Made by a program: the position numbers and the translations under genes
Assembly (NCBI RefSeq): GCF_018977255.1
Contig: NW_024704742.1
Coordinates: forward strand, 58,716,001-58,780,000
Reading direction: 5' to 3'
DNA length: 64,000 bases
Source of the DNA: Callorhinchus milii
Lineage: Eukaryota
Part shown: positions 14,116 to 26,000 of the stretch, in pieces
How positions within the stretch are numbered: position 1 is the first letter of the stretch
Layout of the letters: each line of letters begins with the position of its first letter
Notes under the pieces: model-generated
What the model saw: only the letters and a program-made list of their open reading frames with translations
Databases searched by the model: none
What the model was told of the DNA's origin: nothing

Positions 14116-14844
14116 TAATGCTCTCTGGAATCTTCACCCAATAGTCGCTCACCTTGCGCCTTCTCTCCACATCTTCAAAATTTGCTTAAAATTATATGAC
14201 CTTGGTCCTTAATTTGCTCCCTCCAACCCAACCGCCTTTCACAAGATTGGTTTGGATGAACAAGCTCCTTTGGCCCATCTGATATCATCCCTCTAGACCA
14301 CCCACCCTATCGTTCTCCCATCTCAGCAGCAAGTTGCTTTTTTTTTCACGTCCAGTCATGTTACACTTACTTAGTCAAATCAAAAATACAATGTCTTCTT
14401 AACACCTGGAAACAATGTTAATTATTTTAAGTACTGTACAATGCCCTCAATAAATTGCTTTAAAGCTACCTGTTTCAGAAAGTACTTCTGTCATTGAAGG
14501 TGAAATATAAGCACACACTGTTGTTCTACTGAATTTCCATTTTACTACTTTCAATTACACAGTAAGTTTCTATCAGGTTAAGTCTACTAAACCGATCATG
14601 CTTTGAATCTTAATATTTGTAATTAAATGGAATCTTTAATCTCCACTTGATCAGGAAGACGGAACTTGGGTTTGACATCTGATTCGAAGGATATCACCTC
14701 CGACAGTGCAGTGCTCCCTCAATAATGTACTGCAGTGTCAGCCAATTACGTGAACTATATTAAGGAATTACCTTAAGAAATACTGCAAATTAAACTCAAC
14801 TGGCAATAAGCAGACTTGTTCTACACTAGCAGCATATCAACCAG

Positions 14845-15620
14845 ACCTCTGCAGCCCGTGTACTGTCCCATACCAGACTTTGTAAACCTATCGCCCTTAT
14901 CCTTGCTCAGCTCCCATTAGCTCCCAGTCCCCCAGCGGGTTGAATTCAAGGTTTTCATCCTCACTTTCAAACACCTCACCCTACCTCTGCGACCTCCTGC
15001 ACCCCAACTTTCCCTGTCGTTCTTTCCACTCAGCAAACACCAACCCGCTTCATGTCTCCTGCCCGATCTACTGCTTCAACAGTGGACCTGCTATCTGCCA
15101 TTTTGCCTCTCTTCTCTGTAATAATAATAATAATAATCCTTGCATTTGATATCGCGCTTTTCACGTCGGGAGGACGTCCCAAAGCGCTTCACAGAACACA
15201 CTGTAAAGTGAATTGACTGTATATTTGTGGGCGAACGTGGCAGCCAATTGCGCACAGCAATGTCCCACAAACAGTCATAGATTGAAAATGACCAATTTAT
15301 TATTGTTTTTGGTTTTGGAGGGATTATTATTAGGCGTGTGGAGTAAGGAAACTTGCCCAAGGTTTCGCCCTGCCTGGAATTGAACTCAGGTCTCTCGCTT
15401 GCAAGGCGAGTGCTCTAACCACTGAGCTACAGTAACTCCATCCCAGAGGACACTTTCTCCCTGCCTTCAAAACCCACCTTAAGATTTATCTTTTGGATGC
15501 GGTTTCAACTTCTCCCTCCCCCCTCCCCTCAGCAAAGGCTCCTGTCAGCTGTGAAGCATTTTCAGATATCCACCTAATGTGAAAAGCGCTGTATAAATGT
15601 AAAATATATGTTGTTTTGCA
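14845..15620 (+). mobile_element. L2 3' fragment interrupted by a SINE B insertion
   Basis: Similar to the L2 at 57546-58110 on both sides of 15120-15432. Confidence 0.75.
15120..15432 (-). mobile_element. SINE family B, short variant, young copy
   Basis: Nearly identical to 41445-41761; intact A/B boxes; (ATT)n tail. Confidence 0.9.
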
Positions 15621-16664
15621 ACAACTTCTTCCTTCTCTGTCCTGATCTTGCTACCGGTTTCCCATTCCAAGAAATGTCATCCATTCCGCATTTACTGGAA
15701 AGCCTCTCAACTAATGATTTGTTTTGAAAGGAAAGGAATCTGTTCATCCATCATTTGCATTTCCAACTTAAAAGCATTCCCTGCACCAACCACCCAATCA
15801 ATTCAAAATGGCCTTGATTCTCTATCTCTCGCTGATTTACAGAGAGTTTTTCACCCCCCAAAAAAAACATTTAAATACTTTTCCCCAGAGAATCCTACAG
15901 TTTTTAGTCTCAGAAATTGGTGATAAATGGATACAAATGGAAAATAATTGATGTAAGCCACACAGTTTGGGGCTTTTTTGCACAAATTGTGTTTTCATAG
16001 AATAACAGTAATCCAATATAGCCCTTCAATACACGACAGTACTTACCATTTACTGAAAGTAATAACATTTATCACCTGTCTTACATCAGCTGCCCGCAAT
16101 GCTGCCCTAACAGTGAACATCTCAACTATGTAGGGGCACACACTATGGAAATAACCCGCATTGCACCTGAAATAAATTTTAATTCCCTCAATAAACAGAG
16201 TTAATCTAAAATTCTAAATCATTACAATATACTTGAGCAAATTGCTGTCACCAATTTTGCACTATAAAACAACCATTTTTTCCCCACCAGGGCAGAGTAA
16301 TGTTATTGAATAACAGCAGCATTTCATTCCACGGTCATTAGAGACAATTTGACTGTGATGTGAGCATTTACTGCAGTAAATTAATAGATTATCATTCACT
16401 GGCTTGACTGCCCACAGTGCCCTGGAATCTGATCAAATTCGGGGAAAGGGAGGAAGGAAGAGAAATAACAAGATGCGTTAAATGCTCCTGTCACTGCGAA
16501 TTGCAGGCTTGCAAGCTAGAAATTTTGGGATGGAATTCTACCCCCATATTAATTTAATGGGTGAAAGGGAAGAGTAACTCATTCTAGTATACAATCAAAT
16601 ACAATGGCAGGCTCCTCTGTTGCAATACTGCATGAACAATAAAAGTGAAATGATAAAATTGTTG

Positions 16665-16855
16665 GGTATCAGACTGGCTCAGTTGGTAGTACTCTCACAT
16701 TTGAGTCAGATCATTGAGGATTCAAGCCCCCATTGGGACTTTGAACTCACTTAGTCTAAGCTGATACTGCAATAGGTGTTCTTTACACTATGAAGTATTT
16801 CAAATTGTCATCCTGATGTGAAAGGCGCTTTTTTCTATACAAGGAATATTATTAT
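16665..16855 (+). mobile_element. SINE family A, internally deleted
   Basis: Head joined almost directly to tail. Confidence 0.6.
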
Positions 16856-17094
16856 TTTTATAGATTGTTTCTCCTTCCAAGTCCAGAAGGATTAAGGTCA
16901 ATATTAGCCCTTTATTCCCTATCTTGAGATCAACTAAAAAGTTGGGAATCAAACTTGTGGTTTTATGGATGGATCAATATAATTTCCCTGCCATTATCCC
17001 AAGGAACACCGGGGCCAATATTAGCAATTCACTCTGACAGTCACCAGGGCTAAGATCCCAACAATCAGTCAAGCCCAAGACACTGTACTGGGCT

Positions 17095-18395
17095 GACACT
17101 CTTTCGAGTCAGATAGTTGTGGGTTCAACCCTCACATTGAGCTTGAGCACATAGCCCTAGCATGATACTTCAGTGCAGTAGCAAGGGAATGTTGTATTTT
17201 TCGAGGTGTCGTCCTTCTAATGAAATGTTAACAACAACTTGCACTTATATAGCGCCCTCCATGCAGGGTAGCGTCTCAGGGCATCTCAAATGGGAATGGG
17301 GGGGAGATGACCGTAAGCACAAGGGGAGAAGGGGGCAAGGCAGAGGGATTGAGGGAGAGTGTTCCAGAGTTTTGGGGTGTAGTGACTGAAAGCACAATCT
17401 CTGATGGTGGGGCAGAGGGTGGAGGGACGAGCAGGAGGTCAGTGCCAGTTGAGCAGAGGCGCCGGATGGTGGATTGGGGAGTGAGGAGGTCAGAGAGGTA
17501 GGGAGGTGCCAAGGAGTTTGGAGTTTCGGCTGCATTTGGGGTAAGGTACGGATGGAGACGGGAATGTGGCAATGGTGGAAGAAGGCGGTCCTGGTCAAGC
17601 ACCAGATGTGGTGGAGGAAGGACACCTGGGGGTCGAACCGGACACCTAGATTGCGCACTGGTTCAGTGAGTCTGAGGGAGAGCCGAGGGAGGTTGAGGAG
17701 TTTAGATCCGCAGGAGTGGAGACGTTGATGGGAGCCAAGGAGTATGGGTTCCGTCTTGTCCATATTCAGCTGCAAGAAGTTTTCAATCATCCAGGCCCTG
17801 ATGTCTGCCAGACAAGCTGATATCATCAGCAGACCCAGAGTTGTTATTGGAGGAGGCAAAGTAGATTTGTGTGTCATCCGCATACATGTGGAAGTTTACT
17901 CCGTGTCTAAGGTGACATGGCCCAGAGGGAGCACATAGATAAGGAAAAGTAGAGGGCCAAGGATGGAGCCCTGGGGTAGCCTGCAGGTGACCGGGCAGGG
18001 GTGGGAGCAGAAATCATTTGCTGAGATGAAATGGAAGCGGTTGGTTAAGTAGGACTCGAACCATGCGATTGCAGTCCCACTAAGGTGGATGAGTGAGGAG
18101 AGGTGGTGGAGGAGGATGCCGTGGTCGACTGTGTCGAACATAGCAGAGAGGTCCAGGAGGACGAGAAGGCAGAGGGAGCCCTGGTCACAGATAGAGAGGA
18201 CCCCTCGTTTGTGACTTTGACAAGCCCTGTCTCTGTGCTGTGGGCAGGGCCAAAACCAGAAGCTAAAGTTCCTGTCTTCCTTTTCAGGTGGACATCCAGA
18301 TGATCTTTGTGAGCCTTGACATTTGCAAAATGACAGCAATCACTGTGAAATTCTCTGAGGCATTTTGATACTTTAGGCACAATGTCAATTATTCT
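17095..18395 (+). mobile_element. SINE family A split by an L2 insertion
   Basis: Head and early core 17095-17230 end at ..GAAATGTTAA; core resumes near 18268 as TTCCTGTCTTCCTTTTCAGGTGGAC. Confidence 0.65.
17230..18262 (-). mobile_element. L2 LINE fragment with reverse-transcriptase motifs, decayed
   Basis: HSTETGLVKVTN, LLVLLDLSAMFDTVDHGILL, LPQGSILGPLLFLIY, WMIENFLQLNMDKTE spread over several frames; (TTG)n tail. Confidence 0.92.
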
Positions 18396-18669
18396 TAATT
18401 GTTTGTATGGGTCCCACAGAATATTGTTATTACAATGCTTATTGTATGATATAAGAGTGCAGCTGGGGACATAGCAATCAGGAGAGATGTCTTGAGTTCA
18501 CCAGTTACTGAGAGCACAGAAGGACCTGGAGAAATTGGAAGTTTGAAGATTCTGTAGCTTGATGTGCAACTGATCATTAACTGCGCATTTCAATTTACAA
18601 GACACTGACACTACTTGGTAGAGTGCGCAGAATGCTCAGGACTAGGTTAACAACCTGCAGAATGGTACA

Positions 18670-18895
18670 TCCCGTCTGCCTGTTCAGTTGGATGTTAAGG
18701 ATCGTATGGCACTATGCAAAAAAAAAGGAAATTTGACCAACAGATAAATTTGGTCATTCACTTCATAGCTGTTTGTGGGAAATTGCTGTGTACAAATTTG
18801 GCTACCACCTTCGCCTATCAAATATACAGAAATTCCACTTTACTAATCCTGTGAAACACTTTGGGATATCCCCCTGATGTGAAATACACTATATA
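18670..18895 (+). mobile_element. SINE family A, 3' half
   Basis: CCCGTCTGCCTGTTCAG core to GATGTGAAA tail. Confidence 0.7.
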
Positions 18896-21624
18896 CTTTT
18901 TTTTAGGAAATGTATATATTATAAAAAAGGCTTCATACACAACCTTCTCCACCTTTCCCCCATTTTATTTCATTAATAAATTTAAAACATCTTTCTTTTC
19001 ATTGATAATGGATTACTTCAAAGAGATTCTCAGACGTTCAGCATGGTAATAGGCTCATGTGTCAGACAAGAGCTATCTTTGTTGATTCTGGAGGGTAAAA
19101 ATTAATAATATAATTAATATCCTAACGGAAAATAAAATTTCAGCTACATTTGGCACAGTTGAATTAAAGTAAAGTGAATTAAAAAAGTATTAAATTGTCA
19201 AAATATTCAGAGGACTACACCAAATACAGTGCTGGTGTGGGAGTTGCATTATTGGAGATGCCTTGCAAATGAGACATTAAACCGCGATCCTATCTGCCGA
19301 TTCACATGGTCGTTAAAGATCTCGTGACACTATTGGAAAAAGAAGTTTCCCCTGGTTGCACTGGATAAAACTGGGGAAATTGGCTTTCCCGATTCTGGAA
19401 GGTGCGAAAAAAGTCACACAGAATGCCTGACTGATCAGGGGATGAGGCATGGGGCCGAATCAGAGAGATCAGGAGGGTCTTAGGATCTATTCCATGACCT
19501 ACTCTGATTTCCATATCACCCAATTCAGCTGATGAGCGTCTCAACCTTCCTGGACAAGGGAGGAGGAAATAATAGAGTTTCAGCTCTTGATCACCTAGCT
19601 GGAATATGAGCTCATGTGAATTCCAATGAAAGCTGCTCTGTGGGCTGTCTCTGTGGTGCTCTCTGTATCCCACAGTCCACTCTCACTGACAGTCTCAGCT
19701 CAGACACGGAGGAGAAGTTCCACCTGGGACTGGATTTGCTCCATTTGTGTACTGTTTCAGAGGGCCCAGAATCTGGAAGACTGTTGAATTCAGTCTCAAC
19801 TTTTAAGCAATTTTTTGTAGATCTTAAATAATACTAGCCACTAAGGTAAGAAGGGCTAACAATGCCATTAGACACATATACTGTACCTCCAACAGGAGTC
19901 ACTGCATTTGGGAGAATATGAGAAAGTAAATTATTAAAAATATGTTATAAGCTGAAATAAGCCGGTCTTTGCTAAACAACATCAGCACAAATACACTGTG
20001 GGCTGTCTCTCTATCTCTTTCACTCAGAGAGAGTCTTCATAAACTCTTTTTCTGCAACGTAACCCCCAGTAGAGAATCCTTTTTGTCAGTCTCACAAAGA
20101 TAGAAGTATAGAAAGGGACTACTGTGCTTCTGTATTGCATGGCATTCTGACGGGCATGTCATGAGCCACAATAGCAGCTTTATTTGTTATTATTTGTCCA
20201 TAAAGGAGAACTCATAAGAAAATAGGCCTGCAGGCTTAGCTGGGAAACAGGTCCTTTAAAAACAATTTTTGTTCATGGATGCCTTCAGTAAGTACTGATT
20301 GACATACTTTGTGTCATGCTGTCAAACCTATATCATAGGAAAATGTTACGCTGACATTTCAAATTCAAGCTGAGGAAAATGACAGCTGGACGCTAATAAA
20401 GAGATAGAGCTGAATAAAAAAAAGCTGAAATGGAGTTGTGCATTCACAAATGACCTTTATATTCATGCAAAGCTCAAGTCTCAGCAGAGCTTCCCTCATA
20501 AGTTACATCTGAGTATATCTCTAATTTATCATGAGAAGCAAACTAACCTGACAGTATAAGTCAGTAATCTATTTTTAAGTCTTCTGCGACAGAAAGTGCC
20601 AAGTATAATATTTGTCCCCATCACACGAGCTAGCTGTCTGTCTCCAGATATGAACAGTACTTAGCACCAGCCCTGTCTCTTAACTTTTCATTGATATTGA
20701 TCAACAGTACAGGCTTGAAATCACGTTGCCAAATCTTACTGAAAGAAAAAAAGACTTAAGGTTAATTTATCTGAGTTTCCTAGGTGATGAGATGCTCACT
20801 TTCCACAATTATGGCCTCAGGTTTGAAGTGCGCACTGAAGGATGATTCATTTCATTATTCATTGGGGTACTATTCCCAGACCCTTTAGATTGCTGTTATT
20901 TCCCTGTTGATTTCAGGCTGTCAAATAATTGGAGGACTAAATCCCATTTACACTGAGAAGTTTTACCTTGTTCCAAAAGATGGAAAGATCACGCTTCCCG
21001 TAAAGAGAACCTGGGCTTGATGCAAAGTTACTTATATCATGAGTCATACCATCAACTCAAGTCTCTCTGAACATCTTTGAGGGAAAATAGGCAACTTCAG
21101 GAGGTGTTTGTTTGTTTGAACTAAAACTTAAGTAGTAAAAACATAGATAATATGGATAAACGATTCCGGTCTGAAAGATCTTTTTAGGAAATGCCCAAAA
21201 CAAAAACGGCTTCTAAATTAACCTGAATTGAAGAAATTTACAATCTTTGCACAATCTTCAATTTTACGATAACGCTCTTAAGCCTATGCCTAATGTCAGA
21301 ACTCTGGTAACTTCTATTGGCAACATACAGCTTTCAGTAATAAAAGTTGTCACCATATGTACAATCCACCAAAACTAAAATTTAAAGCCTCAAATTAGGA
21401 TTCTGTCAGGAACATTTTGATTTTTGACACACCAACATGTAAGTGATCTGGTATAGTCCTAAAAACTAGTGTTGTTTCAGGATTGTAGTGCCAGGATCCA
21501 GAGGATTCCCGAGAACTAGCAAAAGTTGTGTTTATTGCAAGCATGTCTGACAAGGTTTCCTGTTAGTCCTCCAAGCCCATGTGTCAGAACAACAACACTG
21601 GGTGTGTGAAAGGGTTAGAACAAT

Positions 21625-21979
21625 AATAGTAACAATAATCTTTGCAATTGATATAACTGTTATCACATCTTCGTAGATGTGTCAAAGCGCTTCACAGAAT
21701 ATACTGTAAAGAGAATTGACTATATTTGGTGGGTAATACATGGTAGTCAATTGCACACGTATTGGCCCACAAACAATTGTGGATCGAGTGACCACACTTT
21801 TTTTATATAGGGATAACTACACCCAAAAAAGGGATCCGCCAATCGGTTAACAACTGGGTTCCTACTTACTGCTAGGTAAACAACGGTGTGTGGAGTAAGG
21901 ACACTTGTCTGCCGGGAATCAAACCCAGGTCCTCTCGCTCGCGAGGTGAGTGCTCTAACCAATATGCTTCAGGACTCCA
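21625..21979 (-). mobile_element. SINE family B, long variant
   Basis: Starts GGAGTCCTG; contains GTTTACCTAGCAGTAAGTAGGAACCC; shared tail. Confidence 0.85.
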
Positions 21980-22469
21980 TAATATGTTTGTATCTGTGAT
22001 CTAGGAGTTTGAGTGTAACCTAGACTGAAAAGATGAAAATATCCTCTTTGTGCCAGTTTGTGCATTATCAACTCTGACAGTCTCAAGTAGGTGCAGCCAC
22101 TATTACTCAATTGTTCTCAGGAAACGAAAACTTTTACTATGAACAATGGATGAGTTCACGCTAGTTGGTGCACTGGGGTTACTCTAATCTCAATGTTGCA
22201 TTCTACAGCAACATCACCTTCTTTGACATGGGATGCCGGAATATATCTAACAAAAGAATTAAGCGGAGCAACAAGGGACAAACAGAATTTAAGGGAGGAG
22301 CTAATGTTTTATCTGAATCCAAAATTGATTGGTATTTGGAAACTTTTCATTTCCATCAATTTGGACTCCTTTGCTATCCAACCATTTATTGTGTGATGAG
22401 AACACTGGGTATGGGGACCACACTCAGTATACCAGACGTAAAATGTTTATTATGTCAAAACCTCTCAGA

Positions 22470-23000
22470 ATGATTCACAGGTAACTGTGTCAAGTGTTGC
22501 GACGGTGCATTTCTAGGCAAATGTGGCAGCCAATTTGCGCAATGTCCAAGCATGAATGACCAATTAATCTGTTGGTCAGGACACCAGGAGAAATTCTCTT
22601 CCTTCTAATAGTGTCAGGGGGTTTTTAATGTCCAGCATCAACTTAATATGGAGTCTGTCTGTTCAGGTAGATGTTAAAGATCCCATAGCACTATTTCATA
22701 AGAGAAGGGAGTTTCTCTCATATAAAATTGGTCACTTGCTTCATACCTGTTTGTGGAACATTGCTGTATGCAATTGTACTGTCGTGTTTCTTCCACAGAA
22801 TAAACAGTCAATTCACATTACAGTATATCTTGTAAAGCGCTTTGAGACATCTCGACAATGTGATAAGGTACCATATCAAATGCAAGAATCATCACTATTA
22901 TTTTATTATTAAATATAGTCACTGCACATTACAGTAAATCCGGTCTTAGACATGAAAGGTGCCATATCAAATGTAAGAATCATTGTCATCATTATTTATT
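22470..23000. mobile_element. Two headless SINE A halves back-to-back plus an extra tail
   Basis: Minus-strand 3' half at about 22470-22635, plus-strand 3' half at about 22652-22910, second tail at about 22911-23000. Confidence 0.7.
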
Positions 23001-26000
23001 ATAGGTGCCTTAAGATTCGGAATACAATGATTAAATTGATTAAATGCAAAACCTAAATGTTATGAGATGTAGTGATCTTTCTGGCTTCTGTGTTTACTGT
23101 GGGGTTTTTTCTTTTGTAATCCACATCAATAGGCATAGCAGTACTGAATGAAACACTTAGCACAGACCATCCCGCTGGCTTTGCTGAGCAGTCTAAATTA
23201 GTCCCTAAATGTTCTTAAATTATTACAGAATATTTCTAAACACTACAGTCACACTACACCTTTTGATGACATTATTAAAATGATTTGTACACATTTTGCT
23301 GACTCCTCCTGATGGAGAAAAACTAATACAGCAGTTTAGATAAATTAGGCTGGTGAAAAATTGCCAGATAACTTTGTTGTGGGATTAATTCTGTAGGATA
23401 TATCAACACAATTACCTTTGGCATCATCTGTGCCTAAAACTCATTTCTCTGCATGCAAAGCCTACTAATGCTACAGTAGCAGGGGCAGATATTGAATGAT
23501 CTGTCACCATTCGATATTTAATCCAGCAATTGATGCTGCTAAAAGGATGTGGGAAGGCATCAAGATGAATGAATTTTGACCTCAAAAATCACAAAAAGAC
23601 AACACGAACAATTTATCTTCCTGACCTTTACTTTCACTGCCTGAATGGCATTGCAACTTGCAGCAGATATTAAAATGACTCTCTCCCTTAAATTTGTATT
23701 TGGGGATTGATCAATGCCACATTAGCAAAGTGCCAAGGACATGGCTGGGGTATTCATGCAACCTAATGCATAAGCTTAGGAAACACTTTTAGATAATTTG
23801 GCTTAATCTAAAATGAGAGATAAATTGCTTTCACTTGCTATTAAACAGAGAATCCATCTGTTTTTTAATATCAAGGAACATTATTTCCTGAACTTTGATA
23901 AATCACAGAAAACAGGAGGATCAGACAGGTTCTCACCAAGGTTGCTTCACCCGAACAGTATACATCCTGAACTATAATAATGCTCTGCATCACTGCTCGC
24001 TCATCAGATGTGCTCTCATTAAAGTACTAAATACCACATGGACCTAAAGTCTATGTTAGCAAACCTGAAAGTGATGTAGTGGTAATTCTTCAAAGCAGGA
24101 ACAACATGCATTAAATCCCATTTAAGTAAACCAACAGGGAGTCTCGGAGAACCATTGGGCAGCTTTAATACAAAGGGAAATGTAAACTTTCTGTGGATGA
24201 CTGTCTGTGTTACCTTCAAGCATTTTAGTGTTCAGTGATTCATCGTGGCAGTGCAGATAATGCCCATAGGAAATGTAGCAGTTAATAAATTATTAAACAG
24301 CGCTTCTTGAAAACATCAGCATTGGGATGTACAAAGTCTTGGCACGTCCTGTCAAATGCAAAAGCATCTGTGAATTTTGGAAGAGTTACTAGAGCTATGG
24401 AACAGCTGGCTGTGCAGTTTCCCATGTCACCTGGGATATGCTCACCGTTGTCTGTTTTCTCCAAACACAATCCCAATATTGTCTGTAAAACATAGAACTG
24501 AATTGAGGGACACACTTTACTGCTGTCCTCTGAGATCTTTCAGCTGCCTCTAAAACTGACCTTGTGAGCCAGGTCGTACTGAAAAGATTTACAGGGAGAA
24601 AAGCATGAAAAGCAGCCATAAAACAGTCAACTACAACAGCCTAAAGGTCTTTGAAAGATCCTTTATTCATGCAGAGTTTCTGTCCAATTGGATCTTCACT
24701 AATTTTAGAAGGTCAGATAATTAGCATTTTACCTCAAAGGTTTGGTATTTGCACTTGTTGTGGAAAAGCAATGCAGTTTTCCAACAGTTTTATTTTCCAA
24801 TGGGACCAACCTCCAAAGTGATTTGGAGACTATTTTCCTATCTTATCAAATGCTCGGTTTTCTTTCCCTTGAAGTGTTTTCTAACTGGTGTGGCTTCATA
24901 CATAAAAGGCTGTTTTAATTTCAATCACATTTACCCCAATCAAGGATGAACTGCTGTGAAATGTTCCCAACCCAATCACTACTCCTTATCAAACCATTTT
25001 AGAACTTATGGATTAACCTCTTGGACCAAAAATGACCAATGTCCCAAGAAATGTCCCAGTTGTCTTTGCAATATAAAATAATATTCTAAAGTTTGTGTAT
25101 CTGGGGGCTTCTTAGCAAGAAATACTGTATGTGTGGGAAGCTCATTTATTGCCTGGAGAGGAAGAATTTTGCTGTATTATGGGGGAAAAAATCAATACGA
25201 TTTCTGAAGTAAAATATAATTTCTGAATAGGATGCTCAATCAAAAATTAATTCAAAGACTCATAAGAGATGGGCAGGGCAGTCACTGTCTGAGAATTTAC
25301 TAGTGATGCAAACCAGTTTTATTTTCTGCCCATGCTGGCGACATGTGACTGAAACAAAGTAAGAATTAATCAACAGCCATGGGTTTCCAACGCTGCCTTG
25401 CCCGCTTTCTTAGAATACATGTGGGTCAAATGAGATGGGAAATTTCATTCTGGTTACAAAATAAGATTGGTTTGGATGAAGAAGGCCTTTGAGTCCATCC
25501 GATCCGATCCTTCTAAAAGACCCAACCTAACGTCCCCTATCACCCCATCATGCTGCTTTTAAGTAAGGAATAATTCCCTAATTAAGTTTTGAATAGTGCC
25601 ATGGGATCCTTAATGTCCACCTGAACAGGGAGATGGGACCTTGGTTTAACATCTCCTCCGAAGGACGACTCCTCCAACTTAAGGTCCCCTCTGAGTCGTC
25701 TTCTCTCAAGTCGGAAGAGACCAGTTTGCATGATTGTTGCTCAAAACTTATTCCGCTAACATTAGGGATCATCCCCGTCACTTTCCTCTGCTCTGCCTCC
25801 AGGACCTGATGATTAGAACTATACGCAGTACTGTGGGTACAATCTAACCTGACACTTCACTTAAAATGGCTGGGGCTGAGGGAAGCTGAGTAACCGTCTG
25901 GTTGGCTGGTTAGAGTATCAGCGGGAAAGGAGTAAAGGCAAACAAATGTAATTGGATACAGATCAACCACAATCTAAATAAAGGAAGAGCAGGCTCAATG

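Noticed and set aside
17245..18380. Reverse-transcriptase motifs as a possible novel RT system
   Set aside because: Motifs are standard L2-clade LINE ORF2, split over frames with internal deletions.
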